Shown here: positions 1 through 12,670 of the stretch, piece by piece
Numbering within the stretch: the first letter of the stretch is position 1
Layout: each line of letters opens with the position of its first letter
NCBI RefSeq assembly: GCF_009914755.1
Contig: NC_060937.1
Strand: one strand, 5' to 3'
DNA length: 64,000 nucleotides
DNA from: the human T2T-CHM13v2.0 reference genome, Homo sapiens
Position numbers and translations under genes: made by a program
The notes under the pieces: model-generated
What the model was told of the DNA's origin: nothing
Database searches by the model: none
What the model saw: only the letters and a program-made list of their open reading frames with translations

Positions 1-1285
1 ACTATTGCTTGAGGCTTCTGATTCAAAATTTCCTAAAATATGGCATGTTCTTTTGATACAAAGATGCTGTTCTTCTTCCTTTTCAGGAAAATTCTCTTGT
101 GCTGTATCTCTGAATGGCTCCTCAGTTCCATCTGTGAGTTCTCTATCTCTATCCCTATGTGGATTGTCTTTGTCACCAGTATCGGTTATGTCGTCATTCT
201 AGTTTAATTTTCTTGTCTTTTTCAGTGGTTTTCTCTAGGATCATGCCTGACCTCTCCACGTTGCAGGCAGTTCAGTTTCCGTCAGTGTCTAGTTCTGTCC
301 TTTGCTTTCCTGTTTGTTAATTAACAGTGAGGTTTTGATCCCCAGTTTGTTGCCTATGTCTGCAGTCTCTCTTTTTCTTACTGTGTATATTGTTTTCACT
401 TATGACTATTTTGTTGACTTCCTATTCTTATTAAGTGATTTTCTTCAGAGTGAAGCAATGGTAAGGAATTTACTTCTCAAGTTATGTTTTCTCTCGGGTT
501 AATTTCTGGTCTCTTCCTTCACTCTGCTCCCCTTCTTTTTTCTTGTTTGCCGAAATGAGTTTGCAGGGCTGATCTGTTGGTCCTTCCTGTCTAATTCACA
601 CCTGCACCCTGACACAGTGTGAGTGGCTTCCTTACTCTCCTCCGGGTGCCTTTAAGTCCTTCTGATCTAGAAGGCCAGGCTTTTAGGCCTTTTGTGTTCT
701 CTCCAGTTGAGGGAATGGGAAGGTAGGAAGCACTCAGCTGATACACTGCATAGTTTTCTAAGAATCCCTGAGCTCTCCTTTTTCTTCTGAGATTTTGTGA
801 AATCTCTACTAATCACTTTACTGACATAAAATTTCATTTTTTCTTATTTATGTTTTTTCTATTCTTTTTAGTCTAAAAATGTTTCTCCTTAACAAAAATG
901 ACAGATTCAAGTTAGAAGATAATGAGTGTAACTTTATATTTGTTTTCTATTAGTATCCTGCTCCCAGCCACAAGCAGTAGACTTTTCTCTTTATTGTCCC
1001 TTGTATTGCCTGATGACTTGTATTTATAGCCATACTTTTAGATTTTGCCTATTTGATCTATTCTTACAACTTCACATCACCACAACCTTTAAAATCTGAC
1101 TTCACCCGAGAGCGTTTTGCATAGTTCTGTTTAGTTCTTCAGATGCACTCTCCTTTTTATCCTCAGTAATAGAAATTGCAATTGCAGCAGGAACCATGTG
1201 TCTTGGTATTTTTACGCCACTTTGTAATGTCTCATGTTTTAGTATCTTAGGTAATGCACGCTGCCTTTCTAACATCTAGGGCAGA

Positions 1286-1859
1286 AGTGAAAGCAGGAAC
1301 TTAAACAGATATTTGTACACCCATGTTCATAGATAGCAGCACTATTCACAACAGCCAAGAAGTGGAAGTAACCCAACTGTCCAACCAATGACTAGATGAA
1401 CAAAATGTGGTATATATCTACAGTGGAGTAGTGTTCAGCTTTAAAAAGGAAGGAAATTATGACAGGTGACAGCACTGCTGCACCTTGAAGACATTATACT
1501 AAATAATGTCATTATACTGAATAAGCGAGTCACAAAAGAACAAATATTGTATGATTCCTCTGCTATGAGGCTCCTAGAGCGGTCAAAAGAGAAAGGAAGT
1601 AGAATGCAGTCATAGATACATATGCATATGTGTTAAATGCAGTGGATGCATGGAATGTAGTAGAAAGTGGTCACAGAGAAAGGAGAACAGTTGTTCCCAG
1701 AGTCTGGGAGGTAGGGGAATGGAGAGTTATTGTTTAATGAGTAGAGCTTCAGTTTTGCAAGATGAAAAGGGTTCTGGAGATGGATGGTGATGATGGCTGA
1801 ATAACAATGTAAATGTATTTAATGCCAGTGAAATGTACACTTAAAAAACGATTAAAGTG
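1286..1859 (+). mobile_element. L1MB-type LINE-1 3' end fragment
   Basis: Typical old L1 3' motifs: cccatgttcatag..cagcactattcacaacagccaa, caaaatgtggtatata, gttctggagatggatggtgatgatgg, tgtacacttaaaa. Boundaries approximate. Confidence 0.8.
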
Positions 1860-2178
1860 GGCCTGGTGCAATGGCTCACACCTGTAATCCCAGCATTTTG
1901 GGAGGCCGAGGTGGGTGGATCACCTGAGGTCAGGAGTTCAAGACTAGCCTGGCCAACATTGTGAAACCCCGTCTCTACTAAAAAAAATACAAAACTTAGC
2001 CAGGTGTGGTGGCTCACGCCTGTAATCCCGGCTACCAGGGAGGCTGAGGCAGGAGCATCACTGGAACCCAGGAGTCAGAGGCTGCAGTGAGCCGAGATCA
2101 CGCCACTGCACTCCAGCCTGGGTGACAGAGCAAGACTCCGTCTCAAAAAAAAAAAAATAAAATAAAATAAAAAAAAAA
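1860..2178 (+). mobile_element. Alu (AluS, Sx/Sz-like)
   Basis: Full dimer from ggcctggtgcaatggctc to an A-rich tail; contains cacctgaggtcaggagttc. Confidence 0.95.
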
Positions 2179-4442
2179 GGAAAGAAGAAAACTTCAGCAC
2201 AGCCCCGTGAGTGCTCAGGGTGAACACTCCCTGTGGGCAACTGGGGGGCAGCTGCTCTCTCCAGCTCGGGAACTTCCCCAGGCCTAGAGCTTCTCTGATC
2301 TGGGCTGGGGCATCTGCAACAAGCTCTGGCTGGTGCTGGTCGGTGGACCACACTTTGAGTAGCCAGAGTCTAGGCTCTGCGTTCAGCTTCTTTGTTCACT
2401 GGACTTCCCTGGGGCCCATAGCTTGCCTTGTACCTGGACTCTCCCTCCTAGCCAGCCCTGCTCTGTGGATGACTCAGTTGGACAGACTTTCCGGCTTTGA
2501 TTTTATTTTCTCCCCCAAGATGCTGTCTGTTAATCACTTCCTTGAGCAACACGCTGCAGCCATGAGCAAGCAGTGGCCGCCCCTGTCCTACCCAGGGTCC
2601 CGCCCCTCCTCCCACCTACACACTTGTCTGGGAGGGGCAGTGCCAGAGCAGGGGCTCACACAGGTACCATGGGATCATGCACTACAGGGGACTGGCCAGC
2701 CTGAAGGGCCTACGTCTGCTTCCTGGAGGAAGTGCCCTCCTGCCTAAGTGCTGCACTGGGTCAGTGCCAGCCTGGGGAAGAACAGAGACAGCCCCAGAAA
2801 CAGTCAGAGGGACAGGAGGTGGCACGCACTGTGGAGTGCCTATAGCACTGTGTGTAGGCAGAATGCAAAGGGGACAGTGTGGGTGGGGACAGTGTTGGTG
2901 TAGAAATGGCGGGGAGGTTAGATTGCAGGCACAGAGGGCCTCAGCCATCTCGAGAGCCCAGACTTCCTCCCTGAGGTGATGGCACTTGGGGAAGTCAGTC
3001 ATGGAAGGATTTTAAGAAAGATGTGAAAGGGGCAGGTTTCTATTTTCAGAAAACCATTCTGGGCCAGTGGAAGATGGAGTACACAGGACCACACCTTGGT
3101 GAAGGGAGATTGTAGGAGCCTGGGCTTGGTGGCGGGGGACAGTGGAGAGAACAGCCTGGGATGTATGAACATGGCAAGTCTCCCTTCCTGGACAGTGGGG
3201 TTTGCCTATGGTGGACAGAAGGTGAGATCATCCTTTGAAAAATGCCACTTCATAGTGTTTCCCCAGCTGTGGGCCTTCACTCATTGGAGGGTCAAATAAT
3301 CAATGTATTAGGTTGCAACCAGCATTTCATTTACATGAAATAGAATCAGCCAGGAAATCTCAAAGTACACCACAAGCAATAAGGGTGAGTATTGCTTTTT
3401 GTTTTACATTCACATAAACATGTGTTTAGAAGTTTGCAAGCCGCTGCATTCAGGGTCATACTACCGCTGATGGAGCCGAGCATGGAGAAGACGCCCTATG
3501 GGCGGCTGTGGCAGCCACCTGCCCTCCAGCCCCTGGGAGGTGGTGTGTGCCCCGGGACTTCTGTACACACAGGAGAGGAGCGTCCAGGCAAGAATGGAGT
3601 CACTGCTTGGGGTGCAGACACTCAGAGGGTGAGGGAAATGGTGATGTTTGTGTATGTGTTTGTGTGTGTATGTCAGGGCTGTGCTTTTTGGAGGAAAACA
3701 ATGAAGGACACACACAGGAGACAGTGACCAACACAGTAGAGCAGTAAAGCAGGCAGAGCCAGAAGAGGCCGACCCTGTAAGAGCAGCAGAGACCTCTCAC
3801 TGAAAACATCCTGTCCTAATTTCCGCACCCAGAAAACCTGCCAAGAGCCACTCAGATATTTCCAAGTTCCTGGGAGTTGCCTAGAGAGTGAGAGCAGCCC
3901 CGTGCACCCATGATCCCCACCCGGGCATCTGTGGAAGGCACAGGAGCCACCCACAACCCGCCTCAGCAGCGCAGCACCAGGAAACGGAGGGAACGCCTCC
4001 CGCAGGGGGAGGCTCTGCCCCACACCAGCACTTTCTGGCTGGGCACCTCCAGCAGGTTGCATCACTCCTCGGAGCCATGGGTTCTCATCTCTAATTGGAG
4101 TAATTATAAATGGGTTGTTGTGAAAGAGCGTTGCAAATGTTGCAAAGCACAATAGCCTTGGAGTTGTTATTATTATTATCAATCCTAATAACAGCCTTGC
4201 CAGGCAGGCAGGGCACGTAGTCATTCGCATTTTAAAACAAGGAGAGAGACTCAGCAATATTGGAGTGATTCATTTGGTATTACAAGCTGCCTGGGGAGTA
4301 GCAAACCAGAACCCCGGTCTTCCCACCCACAGCCTGGTGCTGTTTTCCCTGTAACACAACCAGGGGAAGCTGGTTGATAATTTAAATGTAACCAAAAGCT
4401 ATGATGATTAGATCTTTTCTTCTATCCAAAACCTTGATATAA

Positions 4443-4816
<374 letters not shown>

Positions 4817-4995
4817 TATATAGCCACATTCTACTATAGGTTCCTATAGCACAATGCCTGGGAAGACCAAAGAGGAAATTGAAGATAATACACAAACAAG
4901 TCTGCTCCTGGTGGATAGCATCACTCACTATTATTATTAACTTTGTAAACTTCTTTTTCAGAGATATTTCTAAGTCCTTGGACTAAGTGATGTCA

Positions 4996-5202
4996 TAATT
5001 ATATATATATATATTTATAATAATATAATTTTATATACAAATTATATTTATAATATTTATAACATAATTTGTATATATAAATTATATTTATAATATTTAT
5101 AATAGTATAATTTATATATATAAATTGTATTTATATTATATATTATAAAATAATATATTCTTATATTTATATGTATTATACTTATATATATATTTACTTA
5201 TA
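4996..5202. repeat. AT-rich low-complexity/(TA)n tract with a 40-bp period
   Basis: attatatttataatatttataa occurs at 5041 and 5081; almost no G/C. Confidence 0.9.
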
Positions 5203-5384
5203 CTTGAATTTTGCTCCAGCTCCTACAGAGTGAAAGGACTATGTTTTATGAAATTCCTTTCTAGCTGAGTGAAGTAGGGGCAGTCACTTATCTGGGCATA
5301 ATGCTGGGTACACAGCAGGTGCTCAATAATATTTATTGAGTAAATAAATAAAATGAGGAATTTAGTACAGCTGGGTCTTGTTAG

Positions 5385-5594
<210 letters not shown>

Positions 5595-6737
5595 TTAGGA
5601 TATGGATATGAAGCTGGAAGTCATAAGATCTAGATTCTATCAGTGGCCTCCCACTAGTTGTACAATCCCTATTTCTTCATTGAAACTCTGTGGGCTTCTG
5701 GAGGTTTGCCTATAAATGAAAGGGTTGGACCAGGTCAGGGACAGCCAGTAGGGTTCCACTCAAATGCCAGCTGCAGTCAGCTGGCATGGCTGGTGGAGGA
5801 GCACTTGTGGGCTGTGCTCAGCCTCCAAGGATGAGACCTGGAGGGAATAATGCTGTCCACCTGCTAACTGGCCCCGGGGGTGGAAGGTTACCCTCTAGAC
5901 ACTTGCATTGCTGGACTGAGTCATCTCTAAATCCTTTTCATTTTATGAACCTATAACCAAGAAGGGTTCTTGGATCAGGCAAAACTTAATTTTAGAATGA
6001 ACTTGGGTAGCTCTGTGCAATTTCTGTGTTTTATGTCAGAAAGCTTTTTTTCCTGTGATCCTGGGACACAAGAAATAAGAAATTAAAGAACTGTATGTTG
6101 GGTGTAACCAACATTAGTTTATGGGTTGAGAAATAAATCTCTCTGGAAGTTCTCCTAGCATCTCTAGGAAGATTACTTAGTGCAATATTATTTCTCCCAT
6201 TTTGTAGAGAGAGGATTTGAGTCATAACAGGTAGAATTATCTGCCTTAGGTCATTTGTAGGGCTAGACATATAATTTAGGTTACTTAACTCGCTTGTGTT
6301 TTCTTTCCCAGCAAAAGGAGCCACGGCTCATCCAGTGCATTTCTGAGGTCAGCCTTCACGCCTCGCCCTGTCCGTCCTCCTCACTCTCCCTGTGGGCCTC
6401 CATCCTGGCCGAGGTCGTGGATGTGCTGTCACTGGCAAACATTCACGGTAACCTGGCCCCCAGGAAGGGCTTAGTTTAGTCCATGTCACCACCCCATGAC
6501 TCTCACCCCATTGAAACTTGTTTCCATTTAGAAGCATTAGCTGATCTAACCCAGCAACCTCCTAACTCCATGTTCCTTCATGCAGCCATCCTGGTGAAAC
6601 AGGCAACTTGTGAGCAAATGTCTATTAAATGGGCTAAGTTCCATTTCCCCGGCCACTTTACATGTGAAACTGATGCTGTGGTCCCTGGGGAGTGATTTGT
6701 CACCCAGAACAGTCACCCTCTAAAATGTGCAAATGCT

Positions 6738-7628
6738 GGTCAGGTGCAGTGGCTCCCACCTGTAATCCTAGCATTCTGGGAGGCCAAGGTGGGTGGATTG
6801 CATGAGGCCAGGAGTTTGAGACCAGCCGGGACAACGTGGTGAAACCCCATCTCTACTAAAAATACAAAAATTAGCTAGGCATGGTGGCGCACAGCTGTAT
6901 TCCCAGCCACTGTGAGAGGTGAAGCCAGCTGGACTTCCTGGGTCGAGAGGGGACTTGGAGAACTTTTCTGTCTTACAAGAGGATTGTAAAACACACCAGT
7001 CAGCGCTCTGTAGCTAGCAAGAGGTTTGTAAAATGCACCAATAAGCACTCTGTAAAAATGCACCAATCAGTGCTCTGTAGCTAGCAAGCGGTCTGTAAAA
7101 TGCACCAATCAGCACTCTTTAACATGGCCCAAACAGCACTCTGTAAAATGGACCAATCAGCACTCTGTAAAATGGACCAATCAGTGGGACTCTAAAAGTA
7201 ACCACTCGTGGGGGATTGGGAAAAGGGCATTCTGATAGGACAGAAACAGGACATGGGAGGGGACAAATAAAGGAATAAAAGCTGGCCACCCCAGCCAGCA
7301 GTGACAACCCGCTCAGGTCCCCTTCCCCGCTGTGTGACGTTTGTTCTTTTGCTCTTTACAATAAATCTTGCTCCGGCTGGCTCTTTGGTTCCGTGCCATC
7401 TTTAAGCACTGTAACACTCACCGGGAAGGTCCGTGGCTCCATTTTGAAGTCAGCGAGGCCAGGAACCCTCCACGAACCCACTGGCAGGAACTAACCCTGG
7501 ACACAACTGGAGAGGCTGAGGCACGAGAATCACTTGAACCCAGGAGGCAGAGGTTGCAGTGAGCTGAGATGGTGCCACTGCACTCCAGCCTGGGTAACAG
7601 AACGTTACACTCTCTCCAAAAAAAAAAA
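6738..7628 (+). mobile_element. Alu (AluS-like) split by an LTR12F insertion (Alu parts 6738-6912 and 7510-7628)
   Basis: Alu stops at tcccagccactg and resumes gagaggctgaggcacgagaatc after the LTR. Confidence 0.93.
6913..7505 (+). mobile_element. Solo ERV9 LTR (LTR12F-like), 4-bp TSD ACTG
   Basis: Starts tgagaggtgaagccagctggacttcctgggtcgag, carries repeated accaatcagcactctgtaaaatg units, ends ctggacaca; actg at 6909-6912 and 7506-7509. Confidence 0.93.
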
Positions 7629-7689
7629 GGCGGGGCCAAAGGCCCGAAGATAACAACCCTAGAAGCTGCAATGCCACACAGAGGTAAGG

Positions 7690-7850
7690 ATGCAGGCCTG
7701 GAGTTGGATCTGGACTTCAGCCGTGTTTTTGCTGTTTATTGGCCTTATGACTTGGTTTCCTTGTGAGTAAAATGGGTACAATAAGGATGGCTGCAAGGAA
7801 TAAAGGACAGAAGGCTCAGAAAGTACTTGTTATAATGCCTGTGCTATTAT
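7690..7850 (+). mobile_element. MIR fragment
   Basis: Degenerate core ...gtttccttgtgagtaaaatgggtacaataagg...; approximate. Confidence 0.55.
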
Positions 7851-8890
7851 AGGGAGCCAAGAAGTATTTGTTTTCTCCCCCATTAAGAAAAAATGGCGCA
7901 AAATAAAAACGTCACAATGTCATAAACCAAAACTTCCCAAGGTTAAAAATACTGGAGCACTCATGTTTTGTGTTTGTGTGTGTGTGTAAATTGTTTAGCA
8001 TCACACAGAGGCCTCCAGAGTCCTTCAGAGCTGGTCAAGAAACTGGGTGACAGGGCCCAAAGGGAACTGTCACTGAGGAAAAGCCTTTTTAATAAACCAC
8101 CCTAAATCCAAATCAGTATGTTAAACAAGAGGTAAACAGTGTTAAGCCAGGAGTGGTGCTAGAAATTCTTTTAATTGTTTAAACGCTCCACTTAGATGTA
8201 ATTAATGGAAAGCAGGAAATGTCGCAACCTGAACAGGGAGACAGGATCCTGCTCTTGCCTGGGACGGACATCTGAGCCCGGTGCAGAGAAAAGTTCTGAA
8301 GAGTCCGGCGGCCCTTCTGCTGCGCTCCTACCTGTCCCGGGACAGGGATGAGGGCCAGCTGTCCTAAGAGGTGGTCTAGGTGGCCTGAGCAGTGTGACCC
8401 CTGGGATGAGGGGGTGAATATGGCAGCCCAGGGCCCCTGTCTGAGGACTGGCAATAGGAAGCCCAGAGCTCCTGGCTGAGGCCAAGCCCCTGTGAGGGTG
8501 GATGGAAAGAATCCGGGCCAGGAGGAGAGTGGTCCAGGCCAGGCTGCACCCCTGACTCATGGTCACCTTATGGCTCTGCTGTTTCCTCCTCTGTAACAGG
8601 AAGGCTTGGGATTAGGTGGACTTTAAGAATGCTCTGCATGAAGATTTTGTGGGGTTTCCATAGCCGCCAACCTTCCCAGTGACCAAGTTTTGTAGAGAGA
8701 ATCGGGGGGTCCTCTGTGTCCCTGCCAGTGGCCTCTGCCCTCATTTTTGCAGAGGAGTCCAGATCTGTTCTACTTTAGCCCTCATCTGACAGGGCAGCAG
8801 CAGATTCATCTCATCAGTTAGAACATGCCCTATCCTGAACTCTCTCTCGTGAGCGTGGTGGGGGCAGGCGGGGTGGTCACAAAAGTAATT

Positions 8891-8969
8891 TTGGTGCAAA
8901 AGGAATTGCAGTTTTTGCCATCAAAAGTAATGGCAAAAGCCTCAATTAAGTAAGTGCTTCAACCTAATA
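8891..8969 (-). mobile_element. MADE1 (Hsmar1 miniature inverted-repeat element), degenerate
   Basis: ttggtgcaaaaggaattgcagtttttgccat caaaagtaatggcaaaagcctcaatta..caacctaata matches the 80-bp MADE1 palindrome. Confidence 0.85.
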
Positions 8970-10280
8970 CCTCTTTTGAAGATGAAAAACTGAGGCTTGG
9001 AGTTTTTCCAATTATACAAGCTTTGCATTTAATGAGTTCTCAATAACAGTTGACCTTCTAACTGAAAGAAATGGAACTCTGCAGGTGAACAGACAAAAAT
9101 CATGTCTTCGTCGAAATGTATTGGAGGAGCTGAAGAAAGGCTGCCATGAATGATCATGCCTGCTAGGCTGCTCTAAGCAGCTGCAGTCACAACTTGATGC
9201 TGAAAATTAGGTTGGTGTGCTCTGGAGAGCAATTTGATATGTGTATCAAGAGCCTTAAGCCTTTGACTTGGTAATTCCACTTTCTGAATCTACCATAGGA
9301 AATAATGGAACTTCTGACAGATTTCATAGAAAGCTCATTGCGGTAGCATTGTTTTCTAGGGTACATCAGCAGATCCCATCAGAAGGACCCTGTGCCCTGA
9401 ATCCTGAGAGGTCTGAGAGGACCAAGCTCCCCAGTGCCCTGGTCTTTGCCTACAACCTCAGGGAGAAGGGGACTCACAGTGACACCAGACAGGCCCTGAA
9501 CCCTGGGGGAGGAAGCTCTAGGGCCTCAGTGACCTTCCTGCCTCTACTGCCCTCGGCAATAGACAACTATCAGGACAGAGAATGCTTTAACTGATCAGAT
9601 GAATCTGCTGCTGCCTTGTCAGATGGGGGCTAAAATAGAAATAAGTGTGATAAGAAAAGGAAAGTTCTATTTCTCACTTTCCTAAGCTGTAGACTGCAAT
9701 TCACATTGCTACGCTTGAGATATGATGTTGCATGGAAAAAGAAAAGCCTGAGAACTTAACGTGATATGAGTTCAATGTGTAAACAACATACACATACATA
9801 CTTAGGACAAAGATGGAAGAAAATTCATTTTTTCATTCAACATGTATTTGTTCCACATGTACCAGAATGTTGCCTGCAGTTATCACTGGTGGCAGGATTA
9901 TGTGAGACTTATTATCTTTTCTTATCTTTATCTTTTTAATATTTTCTAACCTGAAGATATATTACTTATGTAATTACAAAAAATTCAAATCGTTTAAACA
10001 TTTTAGTAATGTTAGTTTTTTCTCAGCTATGTGTGGTTGATTTCTTAAACCCATATAAAATTTGTTTTATGAGAGACAGAATGTATCTTATTTTTCTCAA
10101 ATATTTTCATGTAGAAAACTTACATAAAACAAGACCAAATGCCAGAGGTTTCAAACTTCTAATCATATTTGTGGTGCTAATGTGGGGCTATACTTCTAAT
10201 CATATTTGTGGGGCTGATGGATACCGAAAGTAATAATTACATTATTTCAAATACACTGTTATTCCTTTGTTGACATGGGT

Positions 10281-10644
10281 CATTACAGCCTGAAAGTTGG
10301 TGTCCCTCCAAAATTCATATGTTGGTATGTAAACCCCAAAGTTATGGTATTAAGAGATGAAGCTTTTGGAAGGTAATTAGGTCATAAGGGCTCTGCCCCC
10401 ATGGATGAGTTTAACTCCCTTTAAAAAGGGCTTTTCTTCTGCCCTTTTTCTTCTGCCATGCGAGGACACAGTGAGAAGGTGCCTGCATATTGGAAGGAGA
10501 GAGGAGCCCTCACTAAACACCAATCTGTGAGCACCTTGATGTTAGACCTCCCAGCCTCCAGAACTGTGGGAAATAAATTTCTATTACTTATAAATTACCC
10601 AGTCTAAGGTATTCTTGTTATAGCAGCCCAAACAGACTAAGACA
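10281..10644 (+). mobile_element. ERVL-MaLR solo LTR (MLT1A/MSTD-like)
   Basis: gtgtccctccaaaattcatatgttg...ccagcctccagaactgtg...aaataaatttct...aacagactaagaca; near-TSD tgggt/tggat. Confidence 0.88.
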
Positions 10645-11929
10645 TGGATCAGTAATGACTGATTTATTCTAGCAGCAATGCTTCCGCTGAAAAAGAAACA
10701 TATTTCAGAGTCAGTCACTTGAGTTTGAATCACAATGTTTTCATTTACAACCATGAGATCTGTCACCTCATCTCATTTTTATCAATCAGGCTTAGTTCGC
10801 TCACTGGTCACGTAAGAAAAAAATAACCATGTAAATTACTGTGCAAATTCTTAGTTATTTTCTCTACATCTTCTATTCAAAATTTCCACTAAGATTATAT
10901 TATACATATACTTCTATAATAGATCCATAACATCCAGGAAAATGTGGACACTTTAGTCAGAAGGTTGTAAATATTTACATTATTATTATTTGTGCTTATT
11001 GAGTGAGCAAAAGTTTCACTAGGATTCTAGCATAGACCTAGCAGGGCTTCAGGGATGGCCAAGAAAATGAAGGAGAAGTGGGACGTCGACTTCTCAGCTC
11101 AGACATGCATCACTTGTGACCTGCCATAAAGGGCAGCTATCTAAGAGTTGTGTGCCTCCGAGGCCCAAACGATACCATGAAGAGGTTCAAATGCCATTTA
11201 TTCCTTCAGCGAGAATTTAGTGCATCCTCTGTGGAAGGCACATGGAATGATGGGGACAGGGAGTTGAACACTAGCTGGTCTCTGCTCTCACCCAGCTTCA
11301 GGATCAGTGGGAGAACTAGTAGGCACCCCGGTGACTCCCTGCGTGTTCTGCCGCCTGACGGTGGGAACGCAGCAGAGGCGCCTGCCCAGGCTGTTTCCCA
11401 AATGATTAGTCAGCTATTTTGCCACCATGTATTTGGTGTTTTAAATGCCGTCATAATAACCGAATTATGATATGTACCTTAATTTGTTTCCTGAATTTCT
11501 TATTCTGATCTGTCGTGCGTCATCTGTTTCATTATGGCAGCTGTACATGATAAAATAGTATTCTTTATTAAAATATTGGCTTGAATATTCTTATATTTAC
11601 TAGTACAATTACAATTTAAATCTAGAATCACATTACAAAATCATTCATCCCATTGAACTTTTTATTGGAACCACATTAAAAAAGTATAGTTTAACTGGGA
11701 AGGTTTCTATCTTTGCAAAATCAAGCTTTTTCACCTAGGAAGGCGGAATATGTCCACTTGTTCAAGTCTTCTTAAGGTTGATCAAGGTAGACATGACTTT
11801 TTATAATCTAGTGGGAAGACTGTACAAAATAACTTTAATAAAGTGTGATGTGCTGATAGGGGAAGTGTTAAAATGTCCATTGGACTTTGCAGATCATGAA
11901 ATCATTTGTATAATCACAAATGTATCACT

Positions 11930-12670
11930 AAACACACTCATGCTCATACACACTCACATGATCACATACTCATGCTCACACATGCACATATTCACATGCT
12001 CACACTCATGCTCACACAGGCACACACTCATGTTCACACACTCACATGCTCACACATGCACATACATGCTCACGCACTCAAGCTCACACACACACATATA
12101 TACACACTCATGCTCATTCATGCACACACACACGGTCACTCATGCTCACATACTGATGTTCCCACATGCACACGTGTACACACATGCTCACTAATGTTCA
12201 CACGTGCTCACACGCTCACATACTCAGTGCTCACATGCACACACACTCATGCTCACACACATTTGCAAACAGTCATGCTCACACACGGTCACACACTCAT
12301 GCTCACACATGCTCACATATTCATATTCATGCTCATGCACACTTTCTCACACATGCTCATACATCCATGCTCACACACACACATGCTAAACACATACACA
12401 CTAACATGCTACACACATGCACACACATTCATGCTCATACACATGCACATACACTCATGATCACACATGTGCACACATGCTCACACACTCGTGTCACACA
12501 CGTTTACACACATGATCACATTCTTACAGGCTCTCATGTTCACATCACACATTAATGGTCACACATGCTCACACACATGTTCACACACATGCTCTCACAC
12601 ACAAATGCTCTCACACACTTGCTCACATACTTGCTCACATACATTCATGCTCACACACACACCACACCAT
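11930..12670. repeat. Degenerate CA-rich repeat (unit approx. cacacatgct)
   Basis: About 740 bp of cacatgctca/cacactcatg variants. Confidence 0.92.

Noticed and set aside
2058-2353. ORFs with LSPRLECSG / QAGVQW motifs here and at many other Alus
   Set aside because: Standard Alu-derived translations.
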